Shown here in pieces: positions 1 to 14,124 of a DNA stretch of 64,000 nucleotides; within the stretch, counting starts at the first letter, position 1, and every line of letters begins with the position of its first letter. Source of the stretch: Basidiobolus meristosporus CBS 931.73. Lineage: Eukaryota; Fungi; Basidiobolomycota. The DNA lies in contig MCFE01000185.1 in the NCBI GenBank assembly GCA_002104905.1, positions 1-64,000 on the forward strand, given 5' to 3'. Under the pieces are notes generated by a model. It saw nothing but the letters and a program-made list of their open reading frames with translations. It ran no database searches and was not told where the DNA came from. A program made the translations under genes and the position numbers.

Positions 1-1302
1 TGCTTCTTGTAAACTTACCTACAGATTCCTCTCAGCTACACACTCTTGTATCAAAGCTACAACATTAGCGCTGGCTTCTTTGTTTCAACTGAAATAAAGA
101 TTTCACCTGTTGGTGACTATCTCCCCCCTAACTCCTTCCTGAAATCTTCTTGCTGGCACACCCTGGTTGGCTCTGCTGTAGTAACAGAGCTTGCTTCACA
201 ACTTCATAAAGCTGAGAAACCAAGACTACTGGCACAGGACCATCTAAGATCTATGTGGCAGAGCTACTTACAAGTCCACACACCTTTCCTACTACACCTA
301 ATCCCAAGTTGGGTTCCAGTCTTGGATTATATTGATCAGAAACAACTACAATTTGTACTTCCCCCAAAACCCTTGAATTTTATATTTACCCTTGATGAGC
401 TTTACTTTATTGAAACAAGCATTAGTGATGAAACAAAACATAAGTTAGACTACTTACTAGAGAGGTTCTAGACCTCTTAATTGGCTTCTTTATTTGTACT
501 TAGATTAGTTCTTGACCCATATAAAGATTTCACCAAATTGGTGACTTTCCCTCCCCTGAGCTTCTGGTAGTAGTCACTCCAGAAACTCCAATTCAAAAGA
601 TCCCTATACTTCTAAAGCAGTATGCACTGCCAGTACTAGAACTTGGTCACCACATTATACCCTAACCTCCAGAGAACTTCACCACCTGGATAAATTTCTC
701 CATCAGTGTATCAGATCATTGGTACCTTATCTTCCAGTATCTCCCTATATCCATGCAACTAATGGAGCCTTTGGGTTCTACCCATACCAAATCCAAATGG
801 TCTATCTCTGTGGTTCCTTCCTAGTGAAACTTCAGAAATCACATAATCCCTCCATCAAACAATGGCTTAAATCTAACTCCTCTCTGAAATCTTCCTGCTG
901 GCACACCCTGATTAGCTCTGCTGTAGTAACACAGTTTGCTTCAAAACTTCAAAAAGCTGAGAAACCAAGACTACTGGCTCAGTACCATGTAAGATTTATG
1001 AAGCAGTGCTACTTACAAGTCCACACACCTTTCCTACTACAACTAATCCCAAGCTGGGTTCCAGTCTTGGATTATATTGATCAGAAACATCCACACCTTG
1101 TACTTCCCCCAAAACCCTGGAATTTTATATTTACACCTGATGAGCTTTACTTTATTGAAACAAATATTAGAGATGAAACAGAACATAAAATTAGATTACT
1201 TATTAGAGAGGTTCTATACTTCTTAATTGGCATCTTTATTTGTACTTAGACTAGTTTTTGACTCAAATAAAGATTTCACTAACTTGGCAACTTTCCCTCC
1301 CC
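1..1302 (+). repeat. Tandemly duplicated, CpG-depleted decayed coding segment, possibly the 3' part of a non-LTR (LINE-like) ORF2
   Basis: ~130-560 and ~880-1305 are diverged direct copies (ORFs 46-471 and 719-1249 encode near-identical peptides). The motif AAATAAAGATTTCAC...ACTTTCCCTCCCC recurs at ~92, ~520 and ~1265. The LINE assignment rests only on weak resemblance (W-S-P...L..LDKFLHQCIRSL). Confidence 0.45.
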
Positions 1303-1700
1303 CTAGGTCAGAATCAGGACTAGTCAGTAAGAATACTTAGGTGAGCAGGAATGTTGTAAAAACTTGCAATTTCACCTAAATATTCACCTTACCTGATCAC
1401 TTGGATTGTTACCTACAAATCTCAGGGAATACCAAATGAATTTCTTGTTGGGATTTACTTTGAATATTTTGCCAATAACATCAGGCACCTAGTACATGAA
1501 TATTATCACAGTTGTTCAAGCAGCCCCAATCTTTGCATACATGCTCTTGAGACCTTTCTAGACCTATTCTGCGTGTTTTATATGCTAAGATTACGTAGGA
1601 ATATAAGTACTACTTTTACATTCAATAAATGATTGGGCAATAATCACATAATCTACTTGTTCTTCCAGTCACATTCAATATCTCCAAAATTCTTACAACA
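1303..1700 (+). mobile_element. Ty1/copia family A 3' remnant: last RNase H codons, degenerate PPT and a 349-bp LTR (1352-1700)
   Basis: TGTTG...CAACA ends. Same length as, and alignable to, LTR 26985-27333. Preceded by GGTCAGAATCAGGACTAGTCAGT, which matches the copia 3' end at ~26538-26582. Confidence 0.85.
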
Positions 1701-2651
1701 TCCATAACACTTGGGTGGCTCTTTTTTATAGCTTTAGTAGTTTGTATTTACTTAGTAAGACAGATTTTACCATAGTAGTGACTATCCCCCATGCTGATCA
1801 GCATTGCAATCTATTACTTGAACTATTTGAGGTCATTCAATTCAAAGCCCTGCTTGCAGACTCTGGCTTTAGAGACCTATCACGGTAAAATGCTTTTGAC
1901 CCGACAGATCTGAGACCTCTCCTACTCCTGGAAGCATATTGCATCACATCAGGTCTGCCAATATGCCTCGCGGCAAGCTTGCTGCTGAGGATTCTAGTAC
2001 AAATGCTGTGGCTACAACTGCTGCGCCTTACCCACTGGCTACAATGGAGGCGGAATATTCAGTATCAAGTGATACTAATGAAAATGGCAAATTTATTAGA
2101 AAGCCAAGGTCCAGATGCATAGTGAGTTTTGATACAACTCATTTCTGATCATAAGCCAAATGGACCACTGTGGTTCGAGTCTGCAAAGCATTAGCCGCAC
2201 AAATTTAAACCCGCTCCCTATGATGAATGCTGCTTGCCCTCCATGAATATACTTGCAGATTTCACCCAAGTATTCTCCCCTGGTTTTGCAAACCAAACTT
2301 CAAAAGATCAGATCGTATGTGCTGTACTCCAATCTGGAGTGGATTAAATTTCATGTGTCAAGTTAGGTTGAATTAACAGTAATGGCCAATCAGCTCATCG
2401 AAGTAATATCAGTCAACATTTGCATAAACATGCTCTTCCAATCACGGTGCCAAAAATGAATATGATAAGCAGATTTGAAATAGAACACAGAATAGGCGGA
2501 ATAATCATCAGGAGGCAAGGTAAGGAATGTTATTGGGCCTGGCATGTGGTACTCCAATTTAATAGCTCTAGGCGTATCACGTGACTACTATCTACACTCT
2601 TATAGCTACGCCAAGCTCACTAACCTAGCTCAGCATATTGCAAGTTTATTC

Positions 2652-3967
2652 ATGACCTCAAAAATCGCGCTAGTTACCGGTGCCAACAGGTAAACCTTTC
2701 CATATTCCTTTAGTATTCGACGTTTCATTCAACAAAACTATTGGAACAGTGGTGCTGGATTCGGCATCTGCCAAAGACTATTGGAGCGGTATAGATTTGG
2801 TGTTGAATACCGGGTAATTCTTGGCTGCAGGAACCAGAAGCGTGCCGAGGAAGCCAGAGACAAGTTGTTGAAGCAGTTCCCGAGAGCCAAGGTCGAGATT
2901 CTTCTCGTAGATACCAGCTCAGCCTCATCTGTTTTCAAAGCTGCGGCTGAATTCAAGCAAAGGTGTAGTAGCATGTCCAGCGTTAGGCAGTAGAGGATTT
3001 ACTCACCTTGTCCATCTTTATAGATTTGATAGGCTGGATTGCCTTTATTGCAATGCCGGAATCATGCCTACCGAAAGGTTCGATTTAAAAGCAGGGCTTC
3101 AGCAGTTGTTTACGACACCCAAAGACTTCTTCAGGCGCCCGGCCTGTGTTGTCCAACCTGTCGGAGCAAAGAGCAAGGATGGCTTAGGATTAGTTTTTTC
3201 CACCAATGTTTTTGGCCATTACCTTTTGGTAAGTACTAGATGCGCCCATGGCTTGGGTAGTTTCAAAGGATTTATCAACTTCATGAATACACAGATTCGC
3301 GAGATTGAGTCCCAGCTGAACGCCGCTGCTGATCCACGTATTATATGGACTGGATCTACCACAGCTGATAGATCGGCCTTCTCACTGGAAGACTATCAAT
3401 GTCTCGAAGGGTATGTCAGCCTTGAGTAAGCATCACTATGTCCAAACACGCTAACAAGCGAGCGCTTGCACAGCCACTATCCCTACGATTCGTCCAAATT
3501 CTTGATGGACATACTTAGTGTATCACTTAACCAAAAGTACGCCGAGACAAACATTCGTTCATACGTGACTCATCCTGGAGTGATATACTCTGGATATGTT
3601 ACAGAGTTCCCGCTTTGGTTCCAGTACTTAGTAATCATCCCGCTGTTCTACCTGGTCAGTATCTATTGCATTCCAGCAACATCACCCGTGCCCTAAGATT
3701 GACAAGCGAATTGCTTACTAGGCCCGACTGTTCTTCATTACTTCATTGGTTATCAATGGGTATAACGCCGCCGCTGCACACACCTTCCTCACCAATACCA
3801 CTAGACAGAACATAGACACTTTCACCAAGTATCATAGTGAATGCCTTCCTTGGGGAGCATCCTTTGTCACGCCACACAAAATTGATAACTATGACCCCAA
3901 AGAAGGAGAACAGTTGATCAAGGTTCTGGACGAATTGGCAGATTCACTAGAGCACCTGCGCAGTTGA
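2652..3967 (+). CDS. ERG27: 3-keto-steroid reductase (ERG27/HSD17B7-like SDR), multi-exon
   Basis: Spliced model MTSKIALVTGAN|SGAGFGICQRLL (TGxxxGxG; intron 2690-2749), R|FDRLDCLYCNAGIM (NAG; intron 2963-3023), NVFGHY, IIWTGS, catalytic YDSSK, THPG. Further GT-AG introns near 3230, 3412 and 3655. Confidence 0.85.
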
Positions 3968-4967
3968 TCGCAACCCGTCAGCTCGCACTTGATGCCGGTA
4001 CTTGCCAAATCCATGTCTGGCACATAATAAACTTGATTGCTAGATGCACATCGCAATGTGTATACATCTGAACCACCCTCAGCCGTATTATTCGTGGCAA
4101 CGGTTGATTTAGATGACAAAGGTACAAGAGATCCATCAGCGGCCATGCCCTGAGGCCAGGTCGCATTGGCCGTGCGCTAATTGCCTTCCAAGTGCGGGCA
4201 TCCGCATGGGGACTTGTTTTCGATGCGAGGATGCATGGTTGGGATTTTTACACTATGAACTCACATTGCTGCTGTGCTGCCTAGTCTACCGCATTCCCGA
4301 AATCACCTGTCTGCCTGCTGCCACATCTTCGACTAGTGCTATCCAACTGATCCCCAGATGCCAGTTCATCGCCTCATGGTTGAAGTCTATGGAAGTTCCA
4401 TAAAGCAATGCATCGATGCGATCTGAGCCGCATGATCCTAGATGGATCCATGATGACGGCTTCCATTTGGGAATGGCCCATGGATGGCCACCCCCGATGT
4501 AGCATGGTATGAAGATGCAGCATTTCTCGCTCACCAAGCTCTCCATTAGGCTAGATTCCTTGCCAAGAGTTGCATCGATGATGCTTAACCCTAACCCTAA
4601 GGCCCGTCCGAGACCGTGGTACATATGTTGGCTAACACATCTTTGTTGAAGTGGCCTGTTTTAGCGGAATCCTGGCGAATCCTTAGGATCTCCGGAGTAT
4701 CTACTAATTTGGAAGGTGAGGAGTTTTAACTAGTGCTGGAGGTTTTCAGACAATCGATTCTGTTCCAAACACACATGGGTTACACGACGTATATGAATCC
4801 TGTAAACACAGCATCCGCTTTATAACCACCTACGATATCTTAATCACTGGGTCATTCTCTTCATACCCATTAACCAGTCCAGCATCTCAACCCATTTACC
4901 CTAACCGTATCCCTTACCTTACGTAAAATTCTCTAGAAGAAACCGCCTTTACCCGAAAGCTCACCGT

Positions 4968-6956
4968 ATGGTTGTACATAAAAACTCCCAACAAGCGGGT
5001 ACTTCTCCGGTGAGGATCGTTTAGTTTCCTGTTCACCTGGTGGACCTACACTGTTTCTCGTAACCAACCTAACGCTTCTTTGTTGAAGGCGTTGTCTCGC
5101 TCGGAATATGTAAAGCCGCGGTCTCAAGATGCGCAAAAATCGCAGCCCTTGAATCGGGTAAGTGGTAGTGTGGAGACATTCACTGAATAACTTGCTAAAC
5201 CCTTCCGACCACAGGATCGACCTACCAATTCAGAGGACATTTGCTTCACCTCCTATAGTTCATTCACAGTAAAGCCCAAGAGCATTAATCCCTTAGATCT
5301 GCGCGATCTTCAAACTTACTCCACGGCCAGTTCACCAGAGAAAAAGCGCTTCAGTAAGACGTTTGAGGCTCATGCGACGTATTTTTCCTTTCCTCACCTC
5401 CTTTGGCCAACTCTTAGGTAGCTTGACTGTGTCGAACTTGGTAAACCCTATGGCCTCGCTATTTCATTTCGACAAAGCATCCGATGAACCCAAGAGCCCG
5501 GAAGACCATACTGTCGGCGGCGCTCGATACGATACCCTGAACACAAGCGAGAACCTGCCGGGAAGAATTGACACCAGCCCGAGCGCAAACCAATCCCTCG
5601 ATGCCCCAAGGCCGTCGATCGATTCGCTGCTAGAAGACTTTTATGTCAATTCCAGCAGGCTCGAGGCCAGAGACACCACCAAAAATCCCCAGAGCCCAAG
5701 TAATGAGCGGACAGAGTTGCTATCCAGCGTTTTGTCGGATACCAGGGATTTCAACGCATTGAGCTGGAGTGAATACCTTCAGTTGAAGCAGGTAGCCAGT
5801 GCATATGGATATCATGGAAATCCCCTGATCACTCATGTTTCACTCTATTCAGGAATGCCTGGCATCCAATCGAGCCATCGACACTCTGAAGGCCAGACTC
5901 CATCAGGAGACCAAGATTCGTGATGGCGCCTCGTCAATGGTGAACGCACAAACCGACAAAAAAATGGTGGAACAGGCGCAGGAGCAGCTGCTGACTTCGG
6001 AGCGAAAAATAAACCAGCTCTCTTCGGAACTTTGGCGGATGACTCAGAAGGTGAACCGCCTTCAGCGATCCTTCCTGGAGCACATCGGGGCCGTGTTGGC
6101 AGAATCGATCCACTTGGGAACCGGCATGCCCGCTACGCCCGCCCTTACCATGGAGTCCCCCTCAAGTCTTAGCCAATCGATCACAGATATGTCACTCATC
6201 GATATCTCAGACATAAGCTCTCAGCTCAGCTCATTAAGCGGGAAGCTGGACGCTTTCGTGAAATCACACATGTCCGATCGCTCTTTGGATCGCGGACAGC
6301 ATGATTCGGTTCGGTTAGGGATTGGCTATCAGAATACGATGGCCGCACATTCGAATGCCAATCTGCTGTTTTCTCCGATGTTTGAGGATACAAAGCAGCA
6401 GCCACTGAGCCAGACGGAGCATCAGCAGACGAAGGCCATCCCAGAGCCTACCAGCCCAGCTGAGCGCAAGGCCCAAGGAAGCGATGAACTGCAGAGGCTG
6501 TTTGACCGCGTAATGTCAGAGAGGGTGGACGGTCCCCCTGTGTCTCCTACGCCCACGGCAGACGCCCCTTTGTTGTGTGAGGACGATAAGAACCTTTTAA
6601 TTGAAAAGCTGCAAGATCAAGTTGAAGAATATCTTTCTCGGATCACTCAGCTGGATGCGGAGAAAGCCGCGTTATTGTCAAGCCTCGAGCACCTGTATCA
6701 TCAAATCCCCGACCTCGCCCTGTCGCGAGAAAACTCGGTCTCTTCACACGAAAGCGGGTTTGACATGATGAAGCTGGGGCGTCGAATCGACAAGGTGATT
6801 CAAGAGAACCACAGACTGTCGGACAGAGTGGTCAATCTGCAGCACAAGAACCAGCGCCTCAAAAAGGATCAGTACGAGACGATATCGCGCAAAAGTGGCT
6901 TACACGGAGTTTATCAGACCAATGCCGAGTCTGATAGGTGGGTTCATGGAGCTTAA
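4968..6956 (+). CDS. Uds1 (Up-regulated during septation) domain coiled-coil protein, paralogue 1
   Basis: Exons 5418-5791 and 5853-6956 join to give FNALSWSEYLQLKQ|ECLASNRAIDTLKARLHQETKIRDGA, a Uds1-like signature, followed by coiled coils. Upstream exons 4968-5009, 5089-5157 and 5215-5353 are in frame with canonical splice sites but are less certain. Confidence 0.75.
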
Positions 6957-7617
6957 GTCATATCGCTCATCAATGATACTCACATGATCATAGTTCAATT
7001 TAATATTCTCTGTATCGTATTGCTTGCAAGCTTTGGGAGCTCGTACCAAATCCGCGTTCCCACTCTGCTACCTAATATTTTTTGAGTCAATAAAGTGTAT
7101 TCACCAGTGTTTCCCAGCATCGAGGAGTTCTACTCTGCACGCTGTTCAGTGTGAGCGTAATTGTTTTATGTTACAGACCAGTACCAGGTGCTGTCGTACG
7201 CTGCTAGGGTCTGAGTGTCCCCAGAGGCAGGAGCGTGGTCAGCATGCTTGGATATATCAGCTGCAACACACTTGAGAAATAAGAAGGCCTCAGAAATAGC
7301 CCATGGGCCGAGAGAGAGGCGGTACGACAGACCGTTGCGCGTACGACTGCTTTTTGGATCGATAAAGGCCTAACCACTACGGCCAGACTAGCAGATATAT
7401 ACAAGGACATTTATGTCTGGCCTGGCATTCTACACAGGTTGGATAAGGAAGTCTGAACGAGGTCGATACAACTGAACAAATACACTACGACGTGGCCATG
7501 AAACCGCTTGAAAAAACAAAACCCATAGGACGGGAAGACATGGTGAGCTAAGGTATTCCATTTATTTCATCGTATCTCAAAAGCGGGTCCGGATACATGA
7601 GGCTTCTAGGTCTGCAT

Positions 7618-7828
7618 TTAAGCAAGAGGGCTAATCATTCGGATAAGAGAAGGCTTGGGGGAGCTTCTGGTGAAACCTGGAACATGCGAAGGTTAGCAGT
7701 GGAGGAAGAAGAATAGTTGCCAAAGTGTAGTTACCGAGATAGATAATGAAAGGGATGAACCCGATGTGAACAATCCGCTTGGTAATGTCGGTGGCGCGAA
7801 GGATCAATTCTTTGGTTTCGTCTCTCAT
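7618..7828 (-). CDS. TOM7: Mitochondrial import receptor subunit Tom7
   Basis: One intron. The spliced product MRDETKELILRATDITKRIVHIGFIPFIIYLG|FTRSSPKPSLIRMISPLA* is a typical Tom7. Confidence 0.93.
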
Positions 7829-8496
7829 CTTCGGTATGGAATGCTGGTGAAGTGAGGGAAGCCACTCGGCACAATCCTTTTGAATCGGAAATTGCGAAAT
7901 TGCGAAATGGCGAAAATTTTTCTCTGGGGATCAGGCGGAGGACAGATGATAAATGGATCGTCATCAATCCTAAGCTACTATCGTTGATTCAAATGTCGAT
8001 CTGGCCTGCCTGCTGGACCAATCCCATTGGGCGGAGGATTGTAAATATGCAGAGTTGGGGAGTGCGCTCTGGCTGTGGTGCCTAGAAAATAAGTACTAAT
8101 CATAGCTAAACTATATTTGAAGGACTGGATTAATCCCCAGCTAGGGATACAAAGGACAGAGCGATTGGCGACAAGAGACAGAAAACAATTTTTGACTTGG
8201 CGATCGATCTCTGTTCCGGAAAATCAACGCACTGTCTGGGAATTACCTCCGTTGACAACGCCTGCTGAACAGACTGTGATCAACAACGCTCTTGCACGCT
8301 GTGTGGTTGCCTCGGAAGTCATGATGCGCATTGCTTAGTTTGCTTTATTTCACACGAGGAATAGATGAGACTGGTATGTGCTAGCTACGATATTTACATT
8401 GGTATCTCCTTGATAAAGAATGCAGGCTAGGAGTGGATTTCCGGTGTAGTCCGCTTTGGCCGCCCGTTCTTACCCAGCAACGCTCGGGGCCTCCGC

Positions 8497-10092
8497 TTAA
8501 TTCGAAATAAGCCCTAGTCCAGGGAACTTCATTACTCTTCGTTTGTAAAGCTTTGTACTTCCAGAAGGATATAGACCCCCTTTCCTGAAGTTAGGGTCCA
8601 TCAGATGTCGGTTAAGATGCGGGGCATTTCTAGATGCATAATGTTCAATTGGACGTGTATACAATGACAATGTTTGATTGGACTGCAACAGTGAAGCTAG
8701 CCGCGCCGTAGTGGTGTTGGTGGAGGGTTCGAAAAGGACTGCTTTGTGCTCTGGCTCTTCTTCCCGTGAGGGAAAGGCAGCATAATTGCGGACAGTAAAA
8801 TAGTCTCGTTCCGCAGAGTATTCGAAAGCGGGGACGCTACTTGCTCTTGGGATTTCGTTGTTGGCGCGGCGCTTTTGGATCGAGCTAGAAATGGTGCGCT
8901 GGCAATGCTTGCGGGCGGGATTGTTGCATGCTATCGACGGCGTGGCGGAGCTGTACGACTTCGATCGTGAGAGTGTGCTGGGCATGGATAGCATGCTTTG
9001 AGAATGGCATATTCTTAGTTTCCCCGGTCGTTCTGGGTTAAGCTGCTTGAATCCGCTTTTTCTATGCAACCCACTCAACTGAGAAAAGGTCGGGATCTGC
9101 TGTGGGAGGCCGGTCTCATAGATGGAACTCCACACATCGGAGTACCCGTAACAATTTGTGGACAGGTATTCCAAAGGATAAGACTGTGTGCTGAGGCTGT
9201 CCCAGGTGCTCTCTGAATTCCTGCTAGATGTGGATCCACTCCGATAGAAATCAGGCAAAGAGCGAGTGTCGTATGGACTCGAGGATTGCGTTCGGTTGTA
9301 CTCCTGAATGCTCAGGTTGGGGGGACGGTTGTCAGCACTCCTCTCTGTCGGCTTGTCTATCCACCTCTTGGACAGCTCGTGGATCATTTCTGGTAGTTGT
9401 TCTTGCAGCATCTCTCTGAGCCTTTCTTCTATATCTTCTTGCAGGAAGCTTTGGATGTTCGGAAGATTGTCAAACGTGGAGCCTACTTCTACCTCCTCAA
9501 GCGGGTCATTCTTAAATACGAGAGTCACCCCATTCCTTTTGCTTACTATCAGGACAATGATCCCCCGCAGCTTGAGCTTGCTCAGCTTAAGAAGCATTGG
9601 AACAATAAGAGGCTTATCAGCAGCCAACACTCCCCAGCGGCCATTGGCGAACAAAGGGGTTACTCGGTTTGTACTTATCGGATTTGCCTGTCGTGTACAA
9701 TGAGAGTAAGTACAACAGTACTACATTTTCCAGAGGTTGTTTCCCCACAGGATAAGCAGATGAGATCTACCTGGACTTTGGTTTGTAGTACCAAATGGGC
9801 GTCTCCGTTATAAACCAGCTTAAATATGCCTCGGAAGCGATCCTCCGTTAGCTCGCCTATCTCCAGTATCTCCAGGTGTGGTGCCTGGAAGAAAAGCAAG
9901 CTTAACCTCTAGGTAAGTATGACTTTTGATAAATCTCGCTCCCACCTGGGTGCCAAGGTCGAGCTCTTTGACTACAATTCGATCCACTATATTGGCCGGC
10001 TTGGTTCCCTTGTTCAGGGCAATGGTGAGGAGCTCTCTTGCGTCGGCGTAGAACTCCTGGTTGAATTCTGTCCAGTTGAACTTGAACGTCAT
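8497..10092 (-). CDS. MDM34: ERMES subunit Mdm34 (SMP domain plus disordered tail), 3 exons
   Basis: MTFKFNW...[25 protein letters not shown]|[35 protein letters not shown]|ANP...[12 protein letters not shown]...[23 protein letters not shown]. Confidence 0.92.
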
Positions 10093-10972
10093 AGGTTAGG
10101 AAGGGTGAACACGAAAACGAGATATGGTGCCAAGTGCAGCCTGATGCAGACTTGAGTAGGTTTGGAACTACAAACAGAGACATCATTACCTATATATCTT
10201 TACCTAGTGCTGAGTGGTATCATAAATATCCCAATCCCAAATTGACGTCGCCCAGGGCCAATCAGAGGCTATTTCCGAGACATGTTTGCCACACCATCAC
10301 ATCACTTAGATGATTAACAGTCAACCTCCCTCCTCTAGAGCCGTTACCTCATGTCATCCCATGAATGTCCACCCAGACCACCAATTTCCATTTGCTGCGA
10401 TACATCGCCCGAACCTGTTATATCGATGAATGCAAATATATATAGGCTGCATTCTGTCATGGACGACCGATTTGGAAATCAAGATCTTCGTGATCCGCAC
10501 TCGCATGGATTTGATCAGCTTTGCTACGGCTGTGACCTCATGCATGCCTCAGTGAATGTATCAGCAAGCAGTGGAAACCACCGTGGCTTGCCAGCTTGGC
10601 TCCAGGGCCGACATCCACACTGTCCGGCCATCAACCGCCCACACATCTGTCCCCAGAAGGACGGCTGGACAAGGTGGTGCTGGGGATGTGGGCCAGAGAC
10701 TAGCCTTCAGAGCAGTTTCAAGTTGAAGTGACGAGTTGTATTGTAAGTCTGCCTCATACATCAACACATGAATCGAATCGAAGAGCAGTAAAGGTTTTCA
10801 AATACTAAGTGATGTGGGGAATTTTCAAACAACAAGGAACCACCCCGCAGAAGAAGAAACACCCTCAAAGAATCAGGCCATCCTTTGGAAGGACAAGCCA
10901 GGTAAAAACAAGAATCGGAATAATCTGTTTGGAAAGGATTGACTCCTTGTAGCTCCATCAAGGGTTTTCTGC

Positions 10973-11656
<684 letters not shown>

Positions 11657-12383
11657 TTAGACGAAGTCGCAAATAAATATGTAGAATACGAAGTAAATAA
11701 AGGGATATGTAGTAAAAGGTGTCTTCTGAAGTGGTGAGCTCCTAATAAGTGGATTGACGGTTGGTGAAGCTTATGAACTCCCGGGGTGTTTTAGGGGGGA
11801 TAGAGGGGGAAATCGTGGATAGCCCTGATACGCTAATGAACCCTCCGCTACCAGAAGAATCATAATTATAGCACACTTGCCTCACTGTCCCTATCACGAC
11901 AGTCCCATGACTTGGAGACCATTTGAGCATAAATTTGCATCATCACGGAGACGCTGTATCACAAGCAGCGATTCCCTTTTGGCTTGATATCCGTGTTGAG
12001 CAAACGATCTGATCAATTTTATTTCAATTTACAATTAACAAGCTGACAAATAAAGTTAAGCGCAGTGGCCCAGCCAACCAATCACTCCAGGCTTGCGGGC
12101 GAATCGCTGCTGTGGATGTGGCCTAGGTTGAATGAGGGATTAACGCATCGATGGATTCAGAAAACCAGCCATGTTTACAACTCGCCCTTGGGCATTAGTG
12201 TGGGCAATTTTGATGGATTGTTGCCGCGCTGGATTGCGGTTCGGGTTAGGTGGAGGCGTTGGCAGATATACAAGTACAGGTCAAGGGTAGTGCGGATTAG
12301 ATATGCACAAGGCCAGCAAGAGCCGGCTGAAGTTTGGGTTCGAGGAGGCAGTGGGGTTTTTGGGAGGGGGTTGGGGCCAGCGT

Positions 12384-14124
12384 TTACAGCACGGAGGCAT
12401 GAGGATGCTCTTCATCGCTCGACTCCTCAAGCCATGATCGGGCTTGTAAAGCAGTGGGCGTAGGAACGGGAGATTCATAGATACTCTCCATGTCATTTCT
12501 GCTCCTGCGGCTCTTGACTCGATGGCGCTCGTTTTCCGACTGCAGATCCAACACACGGTCCATTAGGTGGTGGTTCTCTTCGATGAGATAGCTGACGCGG
12601 TTCACGAAGCCGTCCATGGTGAATTTCTCCTCTTCATCCTCTTCTGAGTAGGTATGCGACGGAGAGTAGTTGGGGCAGAGAACGAAGAGCTGGCGCAGCG
12701 TATCCTTTATATCCTCGTTTTCTTCCCGCAGTAGGTCGATATCGGATATTGATTCTTCCAGCTTCGTGCGTAGATTGTCAACGGCTTTGTCTCTATTTTC
12801 GTGGCCCGGGCTTGGGCTTTGCTGCACGGTGGCGTGGAGCTCGTCTAGCTGACGAGATAGGTCTTCCCGAAGTGCCTTCTCCTTCTCCAGCTCGATCTTG
12901 TATCGCTCTTTTTCGACAATGGCGTTCTTCAATGAGGATCGAATAAGCTCGTTGACTCGAGTGTTGTCCCCATCCGAGCCGGCGCACTTTCTTTGGAATT
13001 CAGCAACCTTGCTCTGAGCTAGCTGAAGCTCCGCCTGCAGGGAGCTGACCTGCTCTGTCAACGTGTGAATGGTCTCGTCTTTTTCGAGCTCCCATAGCTT
13101 CCTGTGGTCCAGGGAATACCAAGACTTGTGCTCATGGCCCACCCCGGAATCAGTGTCAACGCTCGTGGGCGGCTTTGGGTGGCCCTCTTTTGAATCAATG
13201 ATGGCATCTAGCTTGGAGCTCATGGCGGCCAGCTGAGTCTTCAATGTCGATATAGCGTCGTCCCCTAATTGGCTATTCCGATTCCCGACAAACTCGAGGT
13301 CGGAGAAGACGTCTCCTTGGTGGTATCCTTTTCCGAGGGTCGCCGCAGTGTGCTCCAGTAGCTTTTGATGGATATAATTTGCACTCTGCGAGAGTCGCCA
13401 AATCTCCGAGGACAATTGGCCGACCCGCCTCTCCGAGTTTTCAAATTGGTCCCGGGCCTTCCTGGCGAGCTTCTTGTCGCTCTGGGCCCTGACCAGGGTA
13501 GCGGCCCCATCCCTCATGCGCATTTCGTTCTTCAACTTTACCTTAAGGCTCTCAATAGTTTGAGTCTGCTTTTCGAATTCCTAATATAAAGGTTAGAGGC
13601 GGGCCAAGGAGGCTAGCTTCCAAGGATGCACATACCTCCCTGGACAGCATGTATTCGCTCCAGGATAAAGGAAGGAAGCCTTTAGTTTCTTCCAGAGCTA
13701 CCTCGAAGAGCTTTTCTTTCGCCTCCAGGGAATCCTCGTCGACATGAGACAGCGTCTCCACGGGCTGTCCTTTGTCGTTGAAGCTTTCTAGAAGGACCCC
13801 TAGGGAGGGCCTGAGCGGTCGTTCAAGGTGTTTTATAGAGAAGGTTTTGGTCATTGATTTCCCCGTGCTACCAATAGGAACCACACCGCTTTGAAAGCTG
13901 TCATATCTAAAGCCACGTATAGAGCCTAGCTCCGATGGCTGTGTAGGATGGTGGGTCTTTTTGGAGGTGCGAAAGAAGGCTGTGACGGGGCTGACCAGAT
14001 TCGAGACAGTGATGTGATCTAGCGTGGTGGAGAGTAAGAGATGGAAAGGGAAAACCAGTCACGACGAGCGATACTTACTGAAGCGTTTACGTTCAGGCGT
14101 TGACGGAAGCGCAGTTGTATCCAT
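12384..14124 (-). CDS. Uds1 domain coiled-coil protein, paralogue 2
   Basis: Spliced MDTTALPSTPERKRF|NHITVSNLV...FLPLSWSEYMLSRE|EFEKQTQTIESLKVKLKNEMRMRDGA, with long coiled coils. Homologous to 4968-6956. Confidence 0.78.

Noticed and set aside
4586-4601. TTAACCCTAACCCTAA telomere-like repeat
   Set aside because: Only two units; expected by chance.
4000-4900. ORFs 4113-4403 (+) and 4286-4624 (-)
   Set aside because: No recognisable motif or splice-supported model.
8117-8338. 73-aa ORF between TOM7 and MDM34
   Set aside because: Starts at TTG, no homology recognised; overlaps the probable MDM34 3' region.
10351-10731. 126-aa Cys/His-rich ORF
   Set aside because: No zinc-finger spacing or family motif; may be antisense to the ARF1 3' UTR.
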